This document shows, in pieces, positions 27,268-41,477 of a stretch of 64,000 nt of DNA. Location: assembly GCA_951406725.2 (NCBI GenBank), contig OX597836.1, forward strand, positions 1 through 64,000. Direction: 5' to 3'. Position 1 is the first letter of the stretch. Every line of letters begins with the position of its first letter. The notes beneath the pieces are model-generated. The model did no database searches, was not told where the DNA came from, and saw only the letters and a program-made list of their open reading frames with translations. A program made the position numbers and the translations under genes. This DNA comes from Octopus vulgaris (Eukaryota).

Positions 27268-27589
27268 TGATTTTTTTAACCTTTTTAAACATACGTACTC
27301 CTTCCTTTCTAATTTGCTGTAATTACACAATGTGTGTGTGTGTGTGTGTGCATATGCACATATATACACAACATGCTTCTTTCAGTTTGTGTCTTCCAAA
27401 TCAACCCACAAGGCATTTTGTTGACCTGGGGCTACATAGTGGAAAACACTTGCCAACACTCCCATGCAGTAGGACTGAACCTAAACACACATGGTTAGGA
27501 AACAAGCTTCGTAACCAAACAGCTATGTCTATGCCTATTATATATATACATACTCACACTAAGAGAGAAAGAGAGAGAAAGATACTCAC

Positions 27590-28046
27590 AATTGTTGGAA
27601 AACATGTTCCGGCACGAAACATTTTTAGTGCCATAGAGATAGTGAAGGTTCCCAGAAACAGTAAAATGCTCATCAAGAAAACATTGTCTTTGTATGAAGG
27701 AGGATTGCATCCATCCCCTTTCAGCGTTCCATTTATAAGGTTACAAGCAGTTTCATTATTAGAATTTGCCACAGCAAGTGAACTATTTTGAAAGCAGCTA
27801 CAGTTGTTAGATATAGGAACATCTGGGTTGACATTCATTGGTGCAATTTTTATACCGATATCAGCAAGTTTATCAAATGCTTCAACAATGAAGATGATGG
27901 CAATTAAACAAGCAAAGCTCTCTTCTGTGAAGCGGGTTATGTATTTTACTAATGCACTCATATCAAAAGCAACAACAATCAATAAGATCAGCACAGTCCA
28001 CATGCCCACCCAGAAACGGAGCGGCATGAAATCCCAGTCATTATCT
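27590..28046 (-). CDS. SLC4: SLC4 exon (TM4-TM6 with Cys-rich glycosylated extracellular loop)
   Basis: RFWVGMW, YITRFTEESFACLIAIIFI, four-Cys loop with N-x-S/T sites; tag acceptor, gtgagt donor; 457 bp. Confidence 0.96.
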
Positions 28047-28268
28047 CTAGAGTAAAAGAAAAAAAGAAACAAGTGAAAAAAAAAAAAGATCATTTCTACA
28101 AAAGGCACAAGGCAGAAATGCTAGGGGAGTGGGTAAGTTGAATGTATCAACTCAAGTATGAAGAAAGACTAAGTTAACCTTTGTGTCATTTGACCTCAGA
28201 ACATAACACTGGAAGAAATACCACTAAGTATTTTGTCTGGCATATTAATGACTGCCAGTTTACCACCC

Positions 28269-28302
<34 letters not shown>

Positions 28303-29700
28303 CCTTTACCTTTTATTTGTTTCAGTTTTTTGAACAGCAGCAAAACTCGGGTACAACCCTGAAGGGTTCTAGTTGAATGAATAGACCACAGTACTTATTT
28401 TTTAAGCCTGGCACTTATTCATCAACTTTTTTGGTCAATCACTAAGTTATGGGTCTATAAACAAACCAACACTGGCTGTCAAGCAGTAGTAGTGAACACA
28501 CACACAATGGGCTTCTTTCAGTTTCTGTCAACCAAACCCAGCTGCAAGCCTGGGGCTAGAGAAGACACTTGCCCAAGTAACATACAGTGAGACTGCATCC
28601 AGAACCACATGGTAAGGAATAAATTTCTTACACAACAATGCTGGTACCTATAATAATTATTTCTAGGTAATTGTTCAGTTTACATTTGTAAAATTAAAAT
28701 GTGTTGACAATGTTGATAACTTTGATTTTAGTTTCAGTTGTTTCTGCTTTTTGTTATTTCTCAGTTCTTGTTTATTTTATATCTTTTTTGAGGTGTACTT
28801 TTAGCTGCAAGTTTGTTTTATGAAAGGAAAGAGAAAAACAGTAAGGAATGATAGCTAGACAACCACTCAGAAATACAAATTTATGTGTGAGAGATACAAC
28901 TAGATAGTTTTATAAATTGAGTAAATAATTGTTTTCTCCAAGTAAAGCTAAAAATCAGTTGTAAATAACAAAGATGACAAGGGGTGACAAGAGTGAGTAA
29001 AGCATCAGACAACATATTTTGGTGTATTTAGTTATGTCCCTTGATCTTTTTTTAAAAGAGTTAAACTGAACAATTACCTCATTTCTATTCTAGGCACAAG
29101 GCCTGAAATTTTGTGGGAAGAGGCTGGCTGATTCATCAACCCTACTGCTTCACTGGAACCGAATTTATTGGCCCCAAAAAGATGAAAGGCAAGGTGACTT
29201 CAGCAGCATTTGAACTCAGAATGTGAAGACAGATGAAATACTGCTGAGTATTTTGTCCAATATGCTAATAGTTCTGCCAGCTTGATGCATGTCGCTATAT
29301 ATGAATTATTAGTGTTATTATAGCTTGGCACCTATTGTTTTATATATGTAAACAAACACTGGAAACTGGTTTATTTCTAATTCCATGTAACACATATTTC
29401 ATTATAGTATAGGAAAATAGATACTTGTAACTTAACAGTTCAAAAGAAACTGACAAGACAAATGTCAGGCTTAAAAAAAAATTAATACTCGGGTCAAATC
29501 ATTCAATTAAATTCAAGGCAGTGCCCCATCATTTCCAGTCTAATGACTGAAACAAGTAAAAGATAAAAGGATATCTATCTATATCTATAATTTAAATATA
29601 GGATAAAATCTTTATAAGAATTTATCAAGTAGTTAGCATGAAAAATCTCATAAGGGAAAAATTTCTTGATTATTCCCTATAAATAAATAAATAGATAGAT

Positions 29701-29906
29701 ATAGATATATTTATTTATATTAAGGGCATTACTATACATAAATGCCTCATGCTAAGAGGGACTCTTAAAGTTGAAACTACCATAAAAAACACATTGTACC
29801 GAACACGGTACAATGTGGTTATTATGGTGGTTTTGACTTTAAGAGTCCCACTTAGCATGAGGCATTTATGTATAGTAATGCTCTTAATATAAATAAATAT
29901 ATCTAT
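29701..29906. repeat. Near-perfect palindrome (about 100-bp arms, 4-nt loop)
   Basis: Centre cacattgtaccg-aaca-cggtacaatgtg; arms extend to flanking (TAGA)n/(TCTA)n. Confidence 0.92.
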
Positions 29907-30142
29907 CTATCTATCTATCTATCAATATATTATATTATGGAACTATAAATATATATATATTACATGGAAAAATGCGAGCATGAGAAGTAATATTTTAAAG
30001 ATTATAAACCTGGAAAATTACAGGACAAGTTATTATACTTGGAAACGTTTAGGACAACTTATTACATCTGGTAAAGTACAGAACAAGAAAACTTTTACTT
30101 CAAATATTGCAGCTGAGGATAAAATTTCAAATAAAATATTTA

Positions 30143-31183
30143 GATTTAGAAAAGATTAGCTTTTATTAGCCGAAAGGAGGTAGTCACAGTTCTAGGACAG
30201 CACTCTACACCATATGAGATATCATCAGGTGTACCACAGGGATCTGTCCTTGGTCCCCTCTTGTTTGTGGCATACATTAATGACATAGATGCCACTTTAA
30301 AGAATGCCACAGTATTGAAATATGCAGACGACATCAAGCTGTACCTTGAAATCAAGAGGACAGATCCTGATGTCTACAACTCTTTCCTGCAATCAGACCT
30401 AGACACAATGCAGCAATGGATCACAGACTGGCAACTGAAACTGGCTGTGGACAAGTGTACCACCATGCATTTTGGGAGAAAAAACCCTGCGTCCACATAC
30501 TCCCTCCACAACACTGATATCAAGAAATCCTCTTGCGAGCGTGACCTAGGCATCGCTGTCAGCAGTGATTTGCGTTGGACAGGGGCATATCTCTAAAATT
30601 GTCAAGAAGGCCGAGGGTGTCTTGGCATCACTCAGCAAGACTTTTGTTAGCCGCTCTCCAGCCATCTATTTAAAACTGTATATAGCTATGGTACGACCAC
30701 ACTTGGAATTCGCATCATCAGTTTGGAACCCCTATCTTGCTCAGAACATTGACCTCCTGGAATCTGTCCAGAGACGTGCAACCAAACGCATACCCTCCAT
30801 CAGGCACCTACCATATTCTGAGCGCCTTGTTTCCCTGGGCATGGATTCACTGAAGCTCCGGCGTCTGGCGATGGACTTGATAAACACCCACAAAGTTATC
30901 AACCACCTCACCAACAACAACACTGAACACCTTTTTGATCTCCATGTGTCTAACACACATGGACATGCCTACAAAGTCAGAAAACAACACAGCTCCCATG
31001 ACTTTCGGAAACATTTTTTCACGCTCAGAGTTGCTGAAGCATGGAATAAACTGCCTGCGTCAGTTGTTGACTGCCATGACACTGCATCCTTTAAGGCCCT
31101 CATGCTTTCCGAAATCCGCCGAAACTACACCTGATTATATATACACTTTAGATGAGTTGTAGTGCACCTGAGCACTGTACACA

Positions 31184-31212
<29 letters not shown>
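30143..31212 (+). mobile_element. 5'-truncated CR1-like LINE (RT C-terminus, frameshifted) with (TTA)n tail
   Basis: GVPQGSVLGPLLF, KYADDIKLY, ERDLG, VRPHLEFASSVWNP, VQRRATK, FFTLRV..WNKLP; (TTA)n at 31184-31212. Confidence 0.92.
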
Positions 31213-31216
<4 letters not shown>

Positions 31217-31666
31217 ACTGAAAATTTTATTACAAGTTATTACTTCTATTTGTTATTACTTGCTACTTCTATCAAAAATAAAAAAATAAGTCAATATTTT
31301 TTGTATTTAAAAAAAATGAATTTTTAAAATTATTAATTAATAATTAGAAATTTGAAAATAGGTTATAAAAAATAATAATACATTAATTAGTTCAATAAAT
31401 AGAATAATACAAAAATTAGTTATATATTACAGTAAAATTTACCTATAGCAACAACTTAACAATAAAATTTGCTTGAGTTATTGCCGAATCTTCACATTTT
31501 TAGTCTTAACCCAATACCTACTTTTACATAATGAATTTGAATTTGTCTACCATATATACTCTTCTACTTTGCATAAAAATTTAGCTATATTGGTACTTCT
31601 CATTTTTTAAGTATTCTAGTGTGTCAATATTTTAACGAAATGTTACCTTTTTTAATTATAGGGTTA

Positions 31667-32062
31667 CTTTACTCTTTTACTTGTTTCAGTCATTTGACTG
31701 TGGCCATGCTGGAGCACCACATTTAGTCGAGCAAATCATCCCCAGGACTTATTCTATCAGTATCTTTTGATGAACCACAAAGTTACGCGGACATAAACAC
31801 ACCAGCATCGGTTGTCAAGTGATGTTGAGGGGACAAACACAGATGCACAAACACATACACACACCTACACACACATATATATATATATATTATACATATG
31901 CATATATATGACAGGATTCTTTCAGTTTCTGTGTACCAAATCCACTCACAAGGCTTTGGTCAGCCCAAGGCTACAGTAGAAGACACTTGCCCAAGGTACC
32001 ACGTAGTGGGACTGAACCTGGAACCATGTGGTTTGTAAGCAAGCTACTTACCACACAGCCAC
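31667..32062 (-). mobile_element. tRNA-derived SINE
   Basis: Same family as 26860-27267. Confidence 0.85.
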
Positions 32063-33980
32063 AATATTAAATAATTTTTAATATTCAAATTTTTATCCTT
32101 AGCTCAATACTTTAAATAAAAATTTTCTTGTTCTGTACTTTATCAGATGTAACAAGTTGTCCTGAACTTCTCCAAGTCTAATAACTTGTCCTGTAATTTT
32201 CCAGGTTTATAATCTTAAGATTATTTCTCTTGCCCACATTTTTCCATGTAATCCATGTTTTTTCCAGGCTATGCTAATTATGCTAATTAATAATGTGTCA
32301 AATGTGTCAATTGGCAGTGTCATTGATAATTTTTCCTTACTTCAATGACGCCAGTAACATATATTAAAAGTCCCCTTATAGAACTATATTCATAAAAAAA
32401 GTATAGAACTATATTATTACCTTCAAATTTGAGAAACAAACACTCATAATTTTTTCATTTAAAAACTTCACTGCATGAGATTAATACCATGGAATTCATC
32501 AAACTGAGCTCTATCATTTAAGCTTAATTAAAATATAGTTTGTTTTTTAAATAAAAAAGTTAATTATACTTAACTCCAATTTTTTGCCTTAATTATATAG
32601 TTTTTCGTGATATCTTACCTCATAACTTTTTTGATACAAATTTTTGTTGCACGGGAACAAAACAATGAAATTCTTCATGCTTTCTTCTACCACTGAAGCT
32701 AAGATTAATATATTTTGCTTTTAAAATAAAAAGAGTTATTTAGATCTAAATTTGATTGGTGGCATTACTCTCCTATAATGTTGCTACAAATTTTGATGTA
32801 AATTTTCTTCTACTGGATAAAATCTAAATTTTTTATGCCAGAATGTAGCTAGGGACCAGTCCTCTTCAAAATTGTTAACTGATTTCAATTTGGTTTAGAA
32901 CTGAATTAGCAACAAACTCTGAAAGATGCTTCATGTTAGTAAATTGTGGCCTTAAGAATATTATTCAACTACTACTGTAGTTGAATAATATATAAATATA
33001 ATCGGCAAAGACATGGTTGTTTTGTTATGAAGCTTGGTTCCTAACCATGTGTGTTTAGGTTCAGTGCCACTGCATGAGAGTGTCAGCAAGTGCTTTCCAC
33101 TATGTAGCCCCAGACCAACAAAAAGCCTTGTGAGTTGATTTGGAAGACAGAAAATGAAAGAAGCATGTTGTATAAATGCACACACACACACACACACATA
33201 TATATGAAAAATACTGAGAAAATGTTGAAGATGCATCAACATTTTCTTTCATACATATATGTATTGTGTAATTACAACAAATTAGAAAGGAATGAGGCTA
33301 GTATGCATTGCTGGATGTGTAATGTAAGTGTACATGTTAACAGAGTGCTATTTTGGGACAGAAGTTAAGCATAAGAGGAATTTGTTGCTGTTTTCACGAA
33401 AGAAGACTGCACTGGTTTTGTCATGTGATGTGGATGGATGCCAACAACTCCATAAAGAAGTTCCAATCTCTCAAAGTTGATGAAACACATGGAAATGGGA
33501 GACCCAAAAGACATGGGATGAAGTACTGAAGAATGACCCAGCACACGTTATAAAGGAGTTGGTGTTAGGAAGGGCATCCAGCTGTGGAAACTGTGCTAAA
33601 TCAGACTGGAGTCTGGTGCAACTCCTCAGCTCTGGTCAAACAATTCAACACATGCCAACATAGACAACATCTTTAAAATTTCAAGTATAAGTCTAAAATT
33701 CAGTAAAGAAATTTACATACTAAATTTAAATACACAGAAAATAAGTGAAATAACACAAAAATGAAGGGAAATCTGTGAAACAAGATAGAACCTTGTGGTG
33801 TGTGATCAAGTGAAGCATTTGGTGCTGCATTGATGTTTTCTACTCCTTCTCTTTTTCTCTTCTGCATTTTTTCTTTTCTTTCTTTTGTAAAATCTTACAT
33901 TATGGAAGAATCATGACTATTGTTTCAGATTTTTATTTTAATATGGTTTTCTATTATTCATATATCATATACATATACAT

Positions 33981-34355
33981 AGGCACAGGAGTGGCTGTGT
34001 GGTAAGTAGCTTGCTAACCAACCACATGGTTCCGGGTTCAGTCCCACTGCGTGGCATCTTGAGCAAGTGTCTTCTGCTATAGCCCCTGGCCGACCAATGC
34101 CTTGTGAGTGGATTTGGTAGATGGAAACTCAAAGAAGCCCGTGATATATATGTATATATATATGTCTGTGTTTGTCCCCCTAGCATTGCTTGACAACCGA
34201 TGCTGGTGTGTTTACGTCTCCATCACTTAGCGGTTCGGCAAAAGAGACCGATAGAATAAGTACTGGGCTTACAAAGAATAAGTCCCGGGGTCGATTTGCT
34301 CGACTAAAGGTGGTACTCCAGCATGGCTGCAGTCAAATGACTGAAACAAGTAAAA
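33981..34355 (+). mobile_element. tRNA-derived SINE
   Basis: A-box-like tggctgtgtgg, B-box-like ggttcagtccc, tail ccagcatggctgcagtcaaatgactgaaacaagtaaaa. Confidence 0.85.
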
Positions 34356-34413
34356 AAAAAAAATATGCATTATAAAATTCTATAATATAAGATAGATATA
34401 ATAGTGAACTTAC

Positions 34414-34547
34414 TGACAGAATTGGTAAATAATAGTTTCAAGTACCAACATTGGTCCTGTGCTGCCTAGAATGTTTAAAGGCTGACCTGAAAATAAGGCA
34501 AATACCACACCAGAGAGAGCTGCTGTCAAAATACATTCCATTGTCCC
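34414..34547 (-). CDS. SLC4: SLC4 exon (GTMECIL...FSGQPLNILGSTGPMLVLETIIYQFC)
   Basis: GQPL.ILGSTGP signature; cag acceptor, gtaagt donor; 134 bp. Confidence 0.96.
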
Positions 34548-34662
34548 CTGAGGTGAGGGGGGAAAAGCAAAATTATTACATTTAGTTTTTTTTTTATGTG
34601 TGTGTGAAGAGATAAAGAAAAAAATACCAAAAAAGACAAGAAAATTTAAAGTAGTTAAATAC

Positions 34663-34837
34663 CATGTAGCCCTTGGTTTTGCTGCCAAGGATTCCACCAA
34701 AAGTGACATTTTGAGTAAACGTTGCCAAAAATAAGAAAATCACTGAAGCCAAACATTGGACATGAAGACAATCTTTGAAATCACTGGCATACCAAGGTAA
34801 TTTTCGTTTAAAGTCATTAATTAAGCCGCCAAAAATC
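34663..34837 (-). CDS. SLC4: SLC4 exon (IFGGLINDFKRKLPWYASDFKDCLHVQCLASVIFLFLATFTQNVTFGGILGSKTKGYM)
   Basis: Hand-translated: FGGL..D.KRK.PWY.SDF.D and TFGG motifs; tag acceptor, gtattt donor; 175 bp. Not present in this frame in the ORF track. Confidence 0.95.
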
Positions 34838-35289
34838 CTACAAAATAATTATTTAAGAAAATTACACCATTAAAACATTAACAAATAATGATAAAGGCTA
34901 TAGTTTGATATTTTTTCTTCTGCTCTTCTGGTTTCACTATTTAATTCAACTCATATCTGCAGGGAGACAGAACAAAGTTCATGTAAATAGACAAAATAAA
35001 CATGGAAGATATGTTAATTGTTGTGAAAAACCCTACAGTATTACTCAGCTGCATGTTTGTGGATCCCATTAGTCCATACATGGTCAGCTCTATTATGTTG
35101 TGATCCAAGACTAGTGGTGTGTCACTTTCACATTATGGATGAGATCTACATTGTTTGTGAAATTGATCAAGTATATTATTTGTAATGGTTGGTTACATAT
35201 TTGCTCGTTATACATACAACTTGTTGGTGAGGTTGAGCGAGGATTCCACCTGACTTTGCTCACATCATGTTATTCCTGAGAGGAAAAGG

Positions 35290-35650
35290 CATTCAGGCCA
35301 TTTCACATTGGGCAGGTTGAAATCTCCCACGAGAAACATACTCTTCTATTCTTGCAAGGCAGTCTTCAAATAGGCCTGTGTGTTTTGAGGCATCTGGTGG
35401 GTGATATGTAGTGCATCACTATGCTGAGTTGTCATATGTATAAGTTTTGTGTCACACGCTGAGTTTGAGTGTGACAAAAGGATCTGGGCCATTAGATTTT
35501 CATGGATGTATATTGCAATTCCATCATAGCTCCTATCTTTTCTATTGCTTCACAATACCACATACTTTGGTATGTGTATTTCTGCACCTGCAATGTTGGG
35601 TTTTAGGTACATTTCAGTAATTGCTTTGCATAAGACTTGATTGCATGTCA
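35290..35650 (-). mobile_element. Degenerate LINE endonuclease relic
   Basis: TEMYLKPNIAGAEIHIPKYVVL and a downstream VGDFNLP motif; similar to 24375-24851. Confidence 0.6.
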
Positions 35651-35937
35651 ATAGGTCTCTCAGGAAAGTAATTTTGGTTCTGTTATTGAATTGTAACAGT
35701 CCATTTATATTTATAAAGTATATTAGTGTGACTTCTGTGCCGATGCCAGTGGTGGCCACCCTGGATCCACTGGTTGTGGCAGTCTTGTGTGTTGGTGGGG
35801 ATGGCTACAACTCTGGAATTGATGAAGCCAGTTTAGTTGTTGCTCAATCTTTTGAACCATGCATAAAAAAGATTGTTCCTCAGCTGCAACCCTTATGATG
35901 GCTTCTGGATAGAGCTGGTTTTAGAAGTAGTACACAC

Positions 35938-36009
<72 letters not shown>

Positions 36010-36498
36010 TAATATATATATTCATCATCATCGTTTAGCGTCCGCTTTCCATGCTAGCATGGGTTGGAAGGTTCAACTGGGGTCTGGGAAGCCAGAAGGC
36101 TACACCAAGCCCAGTCTGATCTGGCAATGTTTCTACGGCTGGTTGCCCTTCCTAATGCCAACCACTCCGTGAGTGTAGTGGGTGCTTTTTACGTGCCACC
36201 GGCACTATATATATATGTATATATATATATATGTATATGTATATATATATGTATATATGTATATATATATATATGTATATGTATATATATATGTATATAT
36301 GTATATATATATATATGTGTATATATGTATATATATATGTATATATATGTATATATGTATATATATATGTATATATATGTATATATATATATATATATAT
36401 GTGTATATATATATATATGTATATATATATAATATATGTATATATATATAATATATATGTATATATATATAATATATATATATGTATGTATATATATA

Positions 36499-37112
36499 TT
36501 GTCCTAAGCCGCCTGGACTACTGCTCCCAACTGTGGTCACCGCATAGTGTCAAACTAACCACAGAGCTTGAGACAATCCAAAGACATTTCACCAAGAGGA
36601 TTTCCACCATGAAAGAAAAGAACTATTGGGAGAGGCTTAGGGAACTCAATTTGTACTCCTTGGAACGAAGACGAGAGAGATATGCAGTGATATACATATG
36701 GAAAATCCTGGAGGGACTAGCACCAAATTTTAGAATTGAGAGCTGTTCCAATCCCCGTACAGGACGTCACTGTGTGGTGCCAAAGGTCCCGTCTTCCACA
36801 TCCAGGGTAAGGAGCAGATACTGTAATAGCCTGGGGTTCAGGGGCCCTCAGCTGTTCAACAAACTGCCAAGAAAACTAAGAGATCTACATGATGCGGATG
36901 TGGACATTTTCAAAAAACATCTAGACAAGCTGCTTTCCGGGATCCCAGATGAACCCACTGCAAGGTACGAAGGTAACCTAAGGGCAGCAGCTACAAACTC
37001 TCTCTTAGATCAGTGGCCAGCCACGGCAAACTGGACTTAGAGAGGGTAGCAACAAGGGCGGTGCCCCAGCATGGCCTCAGCCGGATGGCTGAAACAAGTA
37101 AAAGAGTAAAAG
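36499..37112 (+). mobile_element. 5'-truncated CR1/L2-like LINE 3' end between TA arrays
   Basis: [51 protein letters not shown]; tail gcggtgccccagcatggcc..ggctgaaacaagtaaaagagtaaaaga. Confidence 0.88.
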
Positions 37113-39268
<2,156 letters not shown>

Positions 39269-39269
39269 A

Positions 39270-40690
39270 CCATCATCATCATCGTTTAACGTCCGCTTTC
39301 CATGCTAGCATGGGTTGGACGGTTCAACTGGGGTCTGGCAAGCTCGAAGGCTGCACCAGGCCAGTCAGATCTGGCAGTGTTTCTACAGCTGGATGCCCTT
39401 CCTAACGCCAACCACTCCGAGAGTGTAGTGGGTGATTTTATGTGCCACCGACACAGGTGCCAGACGAGGCTGGCAGACGGCCACGCTCAGATGGTGTTTT
39501 TATGTGCCACCGACACAGGTGCCAGACGAGGCTGGCAGACGGCCACGCTCGGATGGTGTTTTTATGTGCCACCGACACAGGTGCCAGACGAGGCTGGCAG
39601 ACGGCCACGCTCGGATGGTGTTTTCTTATGTGCCACCGACACAGGTGCCAGACGAGGCTGGCGAACGGCCACGCTCGGATGTTGTTTGTTACGTGCCCAC
39701 AGCACAGAGGCCAGTCGATGCGGTACTGGCTACGGTCACGTTCGGATGGTTTTCTTATGTGCCACCCACAAGGATACAAATTCCATTGATGTTCATCAAA
39801 GACTTTCTCCAAGTCAACGAAAGCCAGGTACAGAGTTTTATCTTTGGCTAGGTATTTCTCCTGCAGCTGTCTCACCAGAAATATGGTATCAGTGGTGCTT
39901 TTCCCTGGCACGAAACCAAACAGCATCTCATCTAGGTTGACTCGCTCTCTAATCAGTTGGGCTATGACCCTTTCTGTAACCTTCATTACCTGATCCAACA
40001 GCTTAATACCTCTGTAATTACTTGTATCTAGGGCATCACCTTTACCTTTGTAGCAGTTGACTATTATGCTACTGCACCAGTCATTGGGTATGACTCCTTC
40101 GTGTATCACCTGGTTTACTATACGGGTGACTAGGCTATAGCCGACACTGCCAGATATTTTGAGCATCTCAGCAGTAATTCCTGACGGGCCTGGGGCTTTC
40201 CCTGTCTTCAAGCTTCCAATTGCCTTAACTACCATGGAACTGTCAACTCGGATAGCTGGTCCCTCTATTGGGTCGACATTCGGCAGACTCTCTTTATCCC
40301 ATTCATTCTCTTTGTTGAGCAACCTTTCATAGTGGCATCTCCAAACCTCTCTCTTTGCATCCTCATTTAGCGCAAGTGAACCATCATCCATGCGAACACA
40401 TTTCTCTCCTACCACATCACGAATCTCTCTCACACACTGTCTTGCAACATGAAACACCTCAAGTCTTTGGTCCTCACGGCACAGAACATTGGCAAATTTT
40501 TTTCTTATCTGCTTCCCCTCTAGCAAAATATACCTGTCTCCTAGCTTCTCTTTTTGCAGTCTGATACAATTCCCTACTATCGCCTTTCCTCCAGTCCTTC
40601 CAAGTCTGTCTCTTGTCTCTAATAGCCCTGTCTACAACATTGTTCCACCACCACGTTACCCTGGGACGAGATGGGACTTTGCTCCATCAC
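39270..40690 (-). mobile_element. Internally deleted RTE LINE (partial RT fused to 3' UTR)
   Basis: KAPGPSGITAEMLK, YKGKGD, NYRGIKLL, FGFVPGKSTTDTIF, AFVDLEKVFD, then a jump into 3' UTR sequence; (GAT)n tail. Confidence 0.9.
39439..39690. repeat. About 62-bp tandem repeat x4 in RTE 3' UTR
   Basis: Unit tatgtgccaccgacacaggtgccagacgaggctggcagacggccacgctcggatggtgtttt. Confidence 0.9.
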
Positions 40691-40695
40691 AGATC

Positions 40696-40731
<36 letters not shown>

Positions 40732-40838
40732 GCATTTCTATTTTGGATGTATTTGGGGTATTTAGTTGTGCTCATGACTTAGTATTTTGCTTCTTCCATG
40801 AGTATGAGTAAGTATCTCGTTTATTTCTTTACCACATT

Positions 40839-40891
40839 TATCACTGACAAAGGGAGGGTTCTTACGAACTAATCCTGAAATCAGTCCGATA
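40839..40891 (+). ncRNA. Decayed minimal hammerhead in a TA-flanked small element (about 40729-41117)
   Basis: tatca-CTGACAA-agg...cct-GAAAT-ca-GTC-cgata. Deviations from a canonical fold are C>T/G>A transitions. Confidence 0.5.
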
Positions 40892-41477
40892 TGGTAATAA
40901 TGGAATTTTTTAGAAATTTCTATCAGCTTTTTTTCGAGTAGTGTGCGTATTGTGAAAAATTATATGGTAATGGACAATATGTCCAATTTTTCGGCATTAG
41001 AGATCTTTTCGTTTGCCCTTATTTATAAGCTGTTTATAATTTTAACCTTTAAAGGTATTTTTTAATATGCTGGCCATTGATAAAATATTTTTAGAAAAAA
41101 TTTTATCCTACATTAAATATATATATATATATATATATATATACATTATATGTGTGTGTTTGAAAGAGAGAACATAGCCTAGTGGTTAGCATGTTTTAAT
41201 CACAACTGCAAGACCATGGTTTCAATTCTTAGAGCAGGTGATGCATTGTGTTCTTCAGCAAAACACTTCATCTCATGTTACTCTGTGATTACTTCGATCC
41301 CTGGTATGTGACACACTGTGCACCTTCTCAGACAACGTTCATTTGATGGAGAGTGAGCTAATATGTGGCATGAACATTTGATCACTGTAAACATCTGTGC
41401 TGGTCATTTGGCAAGCTGAATGCTCATATGTCATCTTCGATGAGAGTGTCCATCATATATATATATATATATATATA

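Larger units (their letters stand above)
29960..32252. mobile_element. Foldback/TIR element (about 185-bp TIRs) with nested LINE and SINE insertions
   Basis: 29960-30142 is the reverse complement of about 32063-32252 (ttacatggaaaaatg...cctggaaaattacaggacaagttatt...). Confidence 0.75.
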
